A program made the position numbers and the translations under genes. Source: Dehalococcoidia bacterium (GTDB lineage Bacteria > Chloroflexota > Dehalococcoidia > GIF9 > UBA5629). From it: 64,000 bases of DNA. The first letter of the stretch is position 1. Every line of letters begins with the position of its first letter. The notes under the pieces were generated by a model that ran no database searches, was not told where the DNA came from, and saw only the letters and a list, made by a program, of their open reading frames with translations. Of this stretch, positions 1 to 8,217 are shown one piece after another. The DNA lies in assembly GCA_050011565.1 (NCBI GenBank), contig JBEKIW010000004.1, positions 60,553-124,552 of the forward strand. Direction: 5' to 3'.

Positions 1-96
1 ATAGACAAACGACCAAGCTAGCCGTTCTGGAGTTGGGTGTACAATTCTGGTTCTAAACGCGCAAATTTCTAGCAGATGGTGCAGAGGTATACTGGC

Positions 97-333
97 TCAG
101 CTAAGTTCCAGTACCGAATCTGGACTATTGAATGGTTCGCCGGTTGCTTGACTGTGTCCTATTGACCAAGGTGCTACTGTTTCACCGCAATACGGGCAAC
201 TTCTCATAGCGGGGTCAACATCAACATGGCAATGAACACATTTATGTGCCAAGCTCTCACCACAAAACCGGCAAAATAGCTGACCCCATCTGTTGGCTCC
301 GCCGCATTTTGGACAAGCTAATATATGTTCCAT
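97..333 (-). CDS. small double zinc-ribbon protein (hypothetical)
   Basis: 78-aa ORF with CPKCG...CRFCG and CVHCH...CPYCG cysteine pairs (two Zn-ribbon-like motifs). No other homology recognised. Confidence 0.35.
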   Translation of the reverse strand: MEHILACPKCGGANRWGQLFCRFCGESLAHKCVHCHVDVDPAMRSCPYCGETVAPWSIGHSQATGEPFNSPDSVLELS

Positions 334-629
334 GCTCTTTTTCGTTCCCCGTTTGCCAATCTAATCAGCTACGCATTTTCCGACGCCAATTGGGTACGCG
401 ATTCGCACTAGCTGATTTACCCCGTTTTTGGCTTCTTCTATATACAATAACGTGAATCAAAGCATTTTGGTTTAGGGACGATACTAATCACATTTATTGT
501 TCACTTCGGTAAAAAAAGAGTATGAATTAGTTGGACAGTATTTTCCCGCAAAGAAAGAGTTAAATAAAAGCAATCGCAAAACAGGCAAAATGCTTTACGG
601 CATGTTAAAATGTTAATCAGTTCAAGTTT

Positions 630-711
630 GGGGAAGTGTCGGAACTGGCAGACGAGCATGACCTAGGATCATGTGCCGCAAGGCGTAGGGGTTCGAGTCC
701 CCTCTTCCCCA
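630..711 (+). tRNA. tRNA-Leu (anticodon TAG)
   Basis: GGGGAAG acceptor stem pairing with CTTCCCC, D-loop AACTGGCAGA, anticodon loop CCTAGGAT, long variable arm, T-arm GGTTCGAGTCCCC. Resembles class II tRNA-Leu. Confidence 0.85.
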
Positions 712-804
712 GAATTGGATACAGTCCTACATATTTCTGTGCATCTGATTTTTTACTGTGTATAAACTGAGTCGAGCAACAGTTAAAATTGGAAGGAGAA
801 AGAA

Positions 805-1563
805 ATGGCTTATGAGAATCTGATATATGAAAAAAAGGATAGTGTGGCTAGGATAACTATCAATCGTCCCAGCGTGATGAATGCTATAACGCCGACGCTC
901 TTAGCGGAAATGAAGGCGGCGGTGCTGGAAGCTGGGAAGGACAGCGAGATAAAGGTGATAGTGCTCACCGGAGCCGGCCGTGCCTTTTCCGCGGGAGTGG
1001 ATTTAATAGCTCTGGGAGACCGCAAACTGGAAAGAGGAAAGGTGGGGCCTATATTGGATGACCCGGCTAGAGCTCTTATAGACACCATACAGGAGGTTCC
1101 GAAGGTTGTCATAGCTATGGTCAACGGATTTTGCATAACTGGGGCCATGGAAATCGTATTGGGCTGCGACCTGGTTGTGGCCGCGGAAGAAGCGAAATTC
1201 GGAGACACTCATGCCCGCTGGGGACTGCGACCTACCTGGGGCATGAGCCAGCGTTTGCCTCGCGCTATCGGAATGTTGAAGGCTAAAGAGCTATCATTCA
1301 CGGCTGATTTGATTACAGGAAAGGAAGCACAGCAATTAGGCCTGGTAAATATGGCAGTTCCGGCAGACAAACTGGAAGAGACTGTGCAAGAGCTGGTAAA
1401 GAAGTTGATGGCGAATAGCATGGCATCTCTGGCCGCTTACAAGTATCTTTACAATCAAGGCGCGAAAGATACACTGAAAAAGGGCCTGGAACTTGAAGCC
1501 AAGAGCGAGTTCGATATTAAGGATACAGAGGAGAGGCTGGCGAAGTTCAGGAAGAAAGACTAG
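805..1563 (+). CDS. enoyl-CoA hydratase/isomerase (crotonase family)
   Basis: 252 aa with crotonase-fold motifs (VIVLTGAGRAFSAGVDL, oxyanion-hole region GFCITGAMEIVLGCD). RBS GGAAGGAGAAAG 8 nt upstream of the ATG. Confidence 0.85.
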   Translation: MAYENLIYEKKDSVARITINRPSVMNAITPTLLAEMKAAVLEAGKDSEIKVIVLTGAGRAFSAGVDLIALGDRKLERGKVGPILDDPARALIDTIQEVPKVVIAMVNGFCITGAMEIVLGCDLVVAAEEAKFGDTHARWGLRPTWGMSQRLPRAIGMLKAKELSFTADLITGKEAQQLGLVNMAVPADKLEETVQELVKKLMANSMASLAAYKYLYNQGAKDTLKKGLELEAKSEFDIKDTEERLAKFRKKD

Positions 1564-1611
1564 GCCTTAGCGCTGGCTTCGACATAGACCTGGTGCAATT
1601 AGCGTAAGGAA

Positions 1612-2355
1612 TCAAAACACAACCTGGCAATTAACGCCCTGTTTTTTAAAGGCTGAGGCAAGCTCTTTACCTGTCAGAGAAAAGAAATCATCGTTCATTG
1701 CACCCTCTAACTTACATTTCCGATATACCCAGTCGCTGTAGTGATAGTTCATTCTGTCAATCAATACGTAATCCACCTTTCCCGATAGTAAGGCAGACAG
1801 TTCCTCGGCATGGGGAAGCATCGGCGCAATCATGGCAAAAGTCCTGATTCCCGCCTGATGTAGCTCATTCAGCGCGTTTATTCTTTCCTTAATCGGCGGC
1901 GTGTTTGGTTCGAAAAGTCGCCTTATATTATCATCTGCCGTAGTAACCGTTAGTCCAACTTCAATATCGCTAGCTTTTATAATCAATTCCTTATCACGTA
2001 AGACAAGCGGCGACTTGGTCTGGATGGTGATTGGCCAATCGTGTGCAACCAAGATTTCAAGGCACTTTCTTGTCAGTTCATATTTTGCTTCTATCGGCTG
2101 ATAGGCATCGCAGACTCCGCTTATCCACACCCTACCGCGTGGCTTCTTGTTTATCTCTTTCTGCAGCAGTTCCGGCGCATTAATCTTAACATCAACGAAT
2201 TCGCCCCAAGGTTCAATGTGACCGGTGGTCCTTTTCATAAACCGGGCATAGCAGTAAGTACAAGCATGCTGGCAGCCGGTATAGGCGTTGATGGTATAGT
2301 CGTAAACTTTTGATTTAGACAGGATACTTTTAGCGTAAATTTCTCGTACAATCAT
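1612..2355 (-). CDS. radical SAM protein, SplB/DNA-repair-photolyase-like (COG1533 type)
   Basis: N-terminal CQHACTYCY (CxxxCxxC) radical-SAM cluster motif. 247 aa, typical size for the SplB-like family. Confidence 0.65.
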   Translation of the reverse strand: MIVREIYAKSILSKSKVYDYTINAYTGCQHACTYCYARFMKRTTGHIEPWGEFVDVKINAPELLQKEINKKPRGRVWISGVCDAYQPIEAKYELTRKCLEILVAHDWPITIQTKSPLVLRDKELIIKASDIEVGLTVTTADDNIRRLFEPNTPPIKERINALNELHQAGIRTFAMIAPMLPHAEELSALLSGKVDYVLIDRMNYHYSDWVYRKCKLEGAMNDDFFSLTGKELASAFKKQGVNCQVVF

Positions 2356-2426
2356 GGATACAGAACTTTCAACGATGAATATTGTTTGGCCTATTAATAG
2401 GTGTGTATGTGGGTGGTATGGTAAAG

Positions 2427-3878
2427 CTATACTTTACCGAATTGGATACCGCATTTATATAGAATGAAAAGGGCTTTGATCGAGTCTCTTAGTGTAGGAT
2501 ATACCGGAAATCGCTCGTCCTCGAAAGCCTTTTTTACCATCAGATGATATCTTCTATCCTCTTCGTCCTCTGAATAGGCCTCCAGCGAAATGCATATCAT
2601 CACGGGTTTGCCGATTTCATCCCGGGCATAGCGGCAGCCATTAACCAGGAGTTCAACAAGCTCCTTAAAGTGTGCTTCAAAAGCTCCACCCAGTACATGC
2701 CTGAGATAGTTAATCTCATCGAGGTGCAGTACTATTGAATGTATTTTGCTATCCTGAGCCAGGATTTTTATGACGTCGGCAAGATTACCTGATGTCCCCG
2801 ACAAATTGTAGAATATAGGCCAGGCATCCAGGGGATTCCCGATGCTGGTTCCGGCTATCGGCACTATCTTCCTAAGTTCGGCTAATGTTTCTTTCTGGAA
2901 TTGGGGAACTTCCAGTCCGGCCTTTACACACACGTCGGTTTCGAGCACACTGAAACCACCGGAGTTCGTAATAATAGTGGTGCCTTTTCCGGTAGGAAAG
3001 GGTGAAGAGGTGAGTGCTAAGGTACCGTTTAGTAATTCGTCGAAGTCCTCGACTTGGGTTACGCCGGTCTGTTTGAAAATCGAGCTCCAGATTTCCGGCG
3101 AACCGGCAAGTGAACCTGTATGAGAGGACGCAGCCCGGCTACCGTGCTCGGTTACACCGCCTTTTAAGGCCAGGATCGGTTTTTTCCTGGCAGCTTCAGC
3201 CAAAGCCGATTTGAGTCGCTTACCGTTTCTCGTACCTTCCATGTATAAAGCTATGACTTTAGTGTCGGGGTCGTCTGCAAGATATTCCAGAAAATCGGGA
3301 CAGTCAAGGTCTACGGCATTACCGTAGCTGATTACCTTACTAAACTTCAGGTTTCTTATCTTCCCGAGGTTCAGGAATTCTACCCCAAAGGTGCCGCTTT
3401 GCGAAATGACTCCTATCGAACCTTCTTCAAACGAGGCATTGAAAGTGAAGCTTAACCCGGATTTGGAGCAATAGATTCCCATACAATTGGGGCCGATCAG
3501 TCTAATCTTGCCTTTAGCAATGTCTTTTACCTCGTTTTCTAACTTTTTCCTTTCTGGAAGCCCGGTCTCGCTAAAGCCTGCCGTGAAAATGTGTGCTGTC
3601 TTGACACCTTTTTCTATGCACTCGGCCAATACCTTCGGAACTTGCGTTGCCGGGACAGCAATGACAACATAATCGATGTTATCCTGGATATCGAGGATAC
3701 TGGGGTAGCATTTTTTGCCAGCAAGTTCACTATATCTTGGGTTCACCAGATACAGCTTGTCCCACATCTTCGAGTTCGTTAAAGATTGTGCGAATCCATT
3801 ATCCGTAGACGCGCCTATTAAGGCAACCGCTCGTGGGTTGAAGATATATTCAAATTCGACGGCGTCCTGTGTTTTCAT
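2427..3878 (-). CDS. acyl-CoA synthetase (NDP-forming) alpha-type / CoA-binding domain protein
   Basis: 483 aa. N-terminal CoA-binding Rossmann motif (AVALIGAS), then a succinyl-CoA-synthetase-like flavodoxin domain and ligase-CoA domain (GPNCMG, SQSGT). No ATP-grasp beta subunit gene is adjacent. Confidence 0.7.
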   Translation of the reverse strand: MKTQDAVEFEYIFNPRAVALIGASTDNGFAQSLTNSKMWDKLYLVNPRYSELAGKKCYPSILDIQDNIDYVVIAVPATQVPKVLAECIEKGVKTAHIFTAGFSETGLPERKKLENEVKDIAKGKIRLIGPNCMGIYCSKSGLSFTFNASFEEGSIGVISQSGTFGVEFLNLGKIRNLKFSKVISYGNAVDLDCPDFLEYLADDPDTKVIALYMEGTRNGKRLKSALAEAARKKPILALKGGVTEHGSRAASSHTGSLAGSPEIWSSIFKQTGVTQVEDFDELLNGTLALTSSPFPTGKGTTIITNSGGFSVLETDVCVKAGLEVPQFQKETLAELRKIVPIAGTSIGNPLDAWPIFYNLSGTSGNLADVIKILAQDSKIHSIVLHLDEINYLRHVLGGAFEAHFKELVELLVNGCRYARDEIGKPVMICISLEAYSEDEEDRRYHLMVKKAFEDERFPVYPTLRDSIKALFILYKCGIQFGKV

Positions 3879-4137
3879 TATTGCCTCCGATACATTTATA
3901 TCTCAAATTCACAGAGTTATTAGACAGCAGGCAGGCCCAGCTAGGCAAAAAGCGACACACTATTATAGTCCTGATTTTAAATTCATACAATTTGAGAGCC
4001 GGAATGCTAAGCTTGACTCATCATCGTAGCATTGATAAAATGCGACTATTAAGGCCGGTTAGCTTAACGATAGGGGACCTTTCCAGTATTGTTTTGTCAC
4101 TGCCAATTAGTTTACCAGCATTTTTGGTCCGTGATTG

Positions 4138-4180
4138 ACCTCTCGCTGATAAATGGCGCGAGGTTTTTGTTTGATTTAAT
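4138..4180 (+). terminator. hairpin plus T-tract in the thrS 5' leader (candidate attenuator)
   Basis: ACCTCTCGC-(9 nt loop)-GCGCGAGGT stem (9 bp, one mismatch) followed by TTTTTGTTTGATTT, about 25-50 nt upstream of the thrS start codons. The upstream gene is divergent, so this cannot be its terminator. Confidence 0.3.
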
Positions 4181-4187
4181 ATAGAAA

Positions 4188-5936
4188 TTGGAAATGGCTA
4201 TGGAAGAGAAAGAAGCGAGATTGGAAAAGATGCGGCATTCGGCGGCTCACGTGATGGCTGAAGCTGTCAAGGCCCTTTTTACGGGAGTTAAATTTGGCAT
4301 TGGTCCGGCTATTGAGGATGGTTTTTACTATGATTTTGAGCTTCCCCGACCTCTTGTGCCAGATGATTTGATAGCAATTGAAGCCAAGATGCGAGAGGTA
4401 ATTACCGGTAATTTTTCTTTTTCTCGAGAGGAGATAGGCAAAGCGAAAGCACACAAGTTATTTGCCGAGCAGCCTTACAAGTTGGAACTAATTGATGAGC
4501 TTTCGGATAAGAAGGTGACAATATATCGCCAGGGCTCTTTTGTCGACTTGTGCCGTGGTCCTCATGTAAATTCAACCGGCGAGATTAAAGCTTTTAGGCT
4601 TACCAGCATTGCCGGAGCCTACTGGCGAGGTGATGAAAGACGCCCCATGTTGCAAAGGATTTACGGGGTTGCCTTCGAAACCGATGCTGAGCTAGAGGGT
4701 TACCTCGCCCGGTTGGCTGAGGCGGCCAAGAGAGACCACAGGAAGTTGGGTAAGGAGCTCGACCTATTTAGCCTTCATGAAGAATTCGGCCCGGGATTGG
4801 TCCACTGGCACCCTAAAGGTGCTCTGGTTCGCCAGATTATTGAGGATTTCTGGAAAGCGGAGCACAGGAAACGAGGTTACGAAATCGTTTACACGCCACA
4901 TATAGCCAAGCTGAATTTGTGGAAAACCAGCGGGCACTGGGACTTTTATCGGGAGAATCTGTATTCGCCGATGGACGTGGAGGGACAGGAGTACATTGTC
5001 AAACCGATGAACTGCCTGGGGCATATCATGATATACAAGACCCAGTTGCGGAGTTATCGCAATCTACCCCTTCGCTATGCTGAACTGGGTACGGTTTATC
5101 GTTACGAGCGTTCTGGGGTATTGCACGGGCTGGCGCGGGTGCGTGGTTTCACCCAGGATGACGCTCATATTTTTTGTCGTCCTGATCAGATTGAAGCCGA
5201 AGTATCCGAGGCAGTGCGCCTGGCTAGATTTATGATGAAGACCTTTGGCTTTAATGAGTATGAGCTTCTCCTATCTACACGCCCCGACCATTATGCCGGC
5301 ACTATTCAGATTTGGGAAGAGGCTACGGAGGCACTGCGAAAGGTACTGGAAAGCCTTGGCCTTAAGTATACGATAGACCCCGGCGAAGGCGTCTTTTATG
5401 GCCCAAAAATCGATGTCAAGCTCAGGGATGCCTTGGGCCGCTTGTGGCAGGGGCCAACCATTCAAGTCGATTTTAATTTGCCTCAGCGTTTCGATGTCAA
5501 TTATATTGGTGAGGATGGCCTGGAACATCAAGTGGTTATGGTACATCGAACCGTTTTGGGAAGTATGGAACGTTTTATGGCCTGCTTGGTCGAAAATTAT
5601 GCCGGCGCTTTCCCCGTTTGGCTGTCACCAGTTCAGGTGGCTATCATACCTATCGCCGACCGTCATCTCAGCTATGCGAACCAGGTGGCGGATGAACTCA
5701 GAGAAAATGGCATCCGTGTCCAGGTTGATGCCCGCTCGGAGAGAATGAACTTAAAGATAAGAGAGGCGCAATTGATGAAGATCCCTTATATGTTTGTTGT
5801 TGGGGATAAAGAAATGGAGGCTTCTCAAGTCTCTCTTCGATTAAGGAGTGGAGAAGACTCAGGTTTGCTGCCGGTTTCTAAGTTCTTAGATAGAGTTAGA
5901 CCAATTATTGAAACTAAAGCGCCAGATAAACTTTGA
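4188..5936 (+). CDS. thrS: threonyl-tRNA synthetase (no N-terminal TGS domain)
   Basis: 582 aa. HxxxH editing-domain motif (HSAAHVMAEAV), class II aaRS motifs, anticodon-binding C-terminus. The start could be TTG at 4188 or ATG at 4194 or 4200. Confidence 0.9.
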   Translation: MEMAMEEKEARLEKMRHSAAHVMAEAVKALFTGVKFGIGPAIEDGFYYDFELPRPLVPDDLIAIEAKMREVITGNFSFSREEIGKAKAHKLFAEQPYKLELIDELSDKKVTIYRQGSFVDLCRGPHVNSTGEIKAFRLTSIAGAYWRGDERRPMLQRIYGVAFETDAELEGYLARLAEAAKRDHRKLGKELDLFSLHEEFGPGLVHWHPKGALVRQIIEDFWKAEHRKRGYEIVYTPHIAKLNLWKTSGHWDFYRENLYSPMDVEGQEYIVKPMNCLGHIMIYKTQLRSYRNLPLRYAELGTVYRYERSGVLHGLARVRGFTQDDAHIFCRPDQIEAEVSEAVRLARFMMKTFGFNEYELLLSTRPDHYAGTIQIWEEATEALRKVLESLGLKYTIDPGEGVFYGPKIDVKLRDALGRLWQGPTIQVDFNLPQRFDVNYIGEDGLEHQVVMVHRTVLGSMERFMACLVENYAGAFPVWLSPVQVAIIPIADRHLSYANQVADELRENGIRVQVDARSERMNLKIREAQLMKIPYMFVVGDKEMEASQVSLRLRSGEDSGLLPVSKFLDRVRPIIETKAPDKL

Positions 5937-5991
5937 TTTCATCTCGTGAATATGGTATATTTTTGCTCGATGGTTCCCTTCGTGTAAGGAG

Positions 5992-6552
5992 GTGAGGAGA
6001 AACATAGTCAAGGAATTACGCGTTAATCGACAAATTAGGTCTAAGGAGGTTCGACTTATAGGGGAGACAGGCGCACAGATGGGAGTATTTCCTGTTGAGA
6101 AGGCGTTACAGATGGCTAGTGAACGCAGTCTTGACCTGGTAGAGGTGGCGTCAAATTCAGTTCCTCCTGTATGTCGAATTCTTGACTATGGTAGGTACAG
6201 ATACGAGCAGACCAAAAAGGAGCGTAAAGCCCGCAAAAGTCAGAGAAATATTGTACTCAAGGAGATCAGAATCAGGCCTCGGGTGAAGGAACATGACCTC
6301 GATACCAAAATTAAGATAGCGCGGAAATTATTGGAGGATGGCGATAAAGTAAAGGTATTTGTGGTTTTTCGAGGGCGTGAGTTTACGCATCCTGAACTTG
6401 GTTTGAAACTTCTCAGAAAAGTGGCGGATGATTTGAAAGATATAGCGATGTTTGATGGCGCTCCGTCTTCAGCGGACCGTTTTATGAGCCTGGTGCTGTC
6501 ACCGAGTTCAAGTAAACACATTAAGAAACCAGCTATAGAGGAGAAAGTATAA
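5992..6552 (+). CDS. infC: translation initiation factor IF-3
   Basis: EVRLIGETGAQMGV and C-terminal domain typical of IF3. The start codon is uncertain (see findings). Confidence 0.85.
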   Translation: MRRNIVKELRVNRQIRSKEVRLIGETGAQMGVFPVEKALQMASERSLDLVEVASNSVPPVCRILDYGRYRYEQTKKERKARKSQRNIVLKEIRIRPRVKEHDLDTKIKIARKLLEDGDKVKVFVVFRGREFTHPELGLKLLRKVADDLKDIAMFDGAPSSADRFMSLVLSPSSSKHIKKPAIEEKV

Positions 6553-6756
6553 TTGCCGAAGCTTAAGACACATAAAGGGGCCCAGAGTCGATTGCACATC
6601 ACCGGCACGGGCAAAATAATGCGAGTTAAAGTTGGTAAAAGCCATTTAAGGCGTAAGAAACCGGCCAGGACCAAGCGTCTTTATGACGAGATGATTCCGG
6701 TTCAACCTGCTGATAAGGTTAGATTGAAGAAACTACTGCCTTACGGCATTAAATAG
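6553..6756 (+). CDS. rpmI: 50S ribosomal protein L35
   Basis: MPKLKTHKGAQSR...RRKKPARTKR, 67 aa. Follows infC directly. Confidence 0.85.
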   Translation: MPKLKTHKGAQSRLHITGTGKIMRVKVGKSHLRRKKPARTKRLYDEMIPVQPADKVRLKKLLPYGIK

Positions 6757-6771
6757 ATTAGGAGGAATTGA

Positions 6772-7131
6772 TTGCCACGAGTTAAAGGCGGAATAGTCAC
6801 CCATCGAAGACATAAAAAAGTATTAAAGTTAACAAAAGGGCATAAGGCTACCAGGCATTCTCTATTTCGACGTGCTCACGAGTCAATGTTGCATGCTTTA
6901 TCTTATGCCTATAGGCATCGCCGAGAGCGAAAGGGTGATATGAGGCGGTTGTGGATTGTAAGGATAAATGCTGCTGCCCGTGCTGAAGGGCTTTCTTACA
7001 GCCAGTTTATGGACGGGCTGAGAAAGGCCAATGTGGAAATCAACCGTAAAGCCTTGGCAGACATGGCAGTAAATGACCCGTCCAGCTTCTCCACGTTACT
7101 TTCGCTAGCTTCATCCAAAATTAAGAGCTAA
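6772..7131 (+). CDS. rplT: 50S ribosomal protein L20
   Basis: [23 protein letters not shown]..., 119 aa. TTG start preceded by TTAGGAGGAA. Confidence 0.85.
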   Translation: MPRVKGGIVTHRRHKKVLKLTKGHKATRHSLFRRAHESMLHALSYAYRHRRERKGDMRRLWIVRINAAARAEGLSYSQFMDGLRKANVEINRKALADMAVNDPSSFSTLLSLASSKIKS

Positions 7132-7154
7132 AATCACCCTCACGTAGTGAGAAT

Positions 7155-8192
7155 ATGCTAAATCAAGTTGAAGAGCTTGCCTCTAAAGCTCTTGATGAGC
7201 TAGCTAAAGTCACCAATGTCAATGAGATTGAAGCGTGGCGAATCCGTTATTTAGGCAGAAAAAGTAATTTAATACATATTCTGCGTTCGTTGGCAACTGT
7301 GCCAATAAATGAAAGGCGTGAAGTCGGAGCCCGAGCCAACGAACTAAAGAAATCTCTGGAAACCGCTTTTGAAGAGAAGAAGGTTGATTTAGAAAGCGAT
7401 TCAGCCCTTCTCACCGGGCGTGAGACTTTAGATGTCACCTTACCCGGTCAGCAAATTCCCCTGGGCCGTCTCCATCCAACAACTCAAATACTTGAGGAGA
7501 TTTGTGACATTTTTAGCAGCATGGGTTTTCAAGTAGTGGAAGGGCCGGAGGTAGAATGGGACTATTATAATTTCGAAGCCCTCAACATGCCGGCAGACCA
7601 TCCGGCACGTGATATGTTTGCTACATTATGGGTGGACTTTGAGACTAAAACCGGCGACAGACCTATGCTCTTGAGGACTCACACTTCTCCAGTCCAGATA
7701 AGAGTAATGGAGAAAACACCTCCACCGATCAGAATAATAGCACCGGGGCGAGTTTATAGATACGAAGCCACAGATGCCACGCACGAGTGGATGTTTTATC
7801 AAGTTGAGGGGTTGGCAGTCGATAGAAACATAACCCTGGCCGACTTAAAAGGAACATTGTTTGAATTTGCTCGCCGCCTTTTTGGCGAGGACAGGAAATG
7901 TCGTTTTCGTTGTGATTACTTTCCTTTCGTAGAACCTGGCGTTGAGGTGGCTATTGATTGTCTGGTGTGTCATGGTGCTGGATGCAGGCTGTGCGACAAT
8001 AGCGGCTGGATTGAAATTCTGGGTGCGGGGATGGTGCATCCCGAAGTTCTTCGACGCCTTGGTATTGACCCTCAGATTTATTCAGGTTTCGCCTTCGGTA
8101 TGGGGGTGGAGCGTATTCCTATTCTTCGCTACGGCATAGATGACATTCGCCTTTTTTATGGTAACGACCTCAGGTTTCTGAAGCAGTTTTGA
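7155..8192 (+). CDS. pheS: phenylalanyl-tRNA synthetase alpha subunit
   Basis: 345 aa. Class II motifs ([29 protein letters not shown]). Conserved position after rplT. Confidence 0.9.
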   Translation: MLNQVEELASKALDELAKVTNVNEIEAWRIRYLGRKSNLIHILRSLATVPINERREVGARANELKKSLETAFEEKKVDLESDSALLTGRETLDVTLPGQQIPLGRLHPTTQILEEICDIFSSMGFQVVEGPEVEWDYYNFEALNMPADHPARDMFATLWVDFETKTGDRPMLLRTHTSPVQIRVMEKTPPPIRIIAPGRVYRYEATDATHEWMFYQVEGLAVDRNITLADLKGTLFEFARRLFGEDRKCRFRCDYFPFVEPGVEVAIDCLVCHGAGCRLCDNSGWIEILGAGMVHPEVLRRLGIDPQIYSGFAFGMGVERIPILRYGIDDIRLFYGNDLRFLKQF

Positions 8193-8217
8193 GTCTATTT
8201 ATTGCCGAGACCTTAAT

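Noticed and set aside
246-455. 69-aa plus ORF overlapping the Zn-ribbon ORF
   Set aside because: Overlaps the opposite-strand ORF and has no RBS or motif. The Zn-ribbon ORF at least has paired CxxC motifs.
810-1421. Minus-strand ORFs (132, 69 and 70 aa) inside the enoyl-CoA hydratase gene
   Set aside because: They overlap a well-supported gene on the opposite strand and are low-complexity (Ser/Ala/Pro-rich). These are typical antisense shadow ORFs.
3869-4138. 89-aa plus ORF in the thrS upstream intergenic region
   Set aside because: It has no RBS or motifs. The region is better explained as promoter/leader with a hairpin.
4030-4187. Possible T-box leader for thrS
   Set aside because: No T-box consensus (AANNNGGGTGGNACCGCG) or specifier-loop architecture is visible. 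Only a terminator-like hairpin is present.
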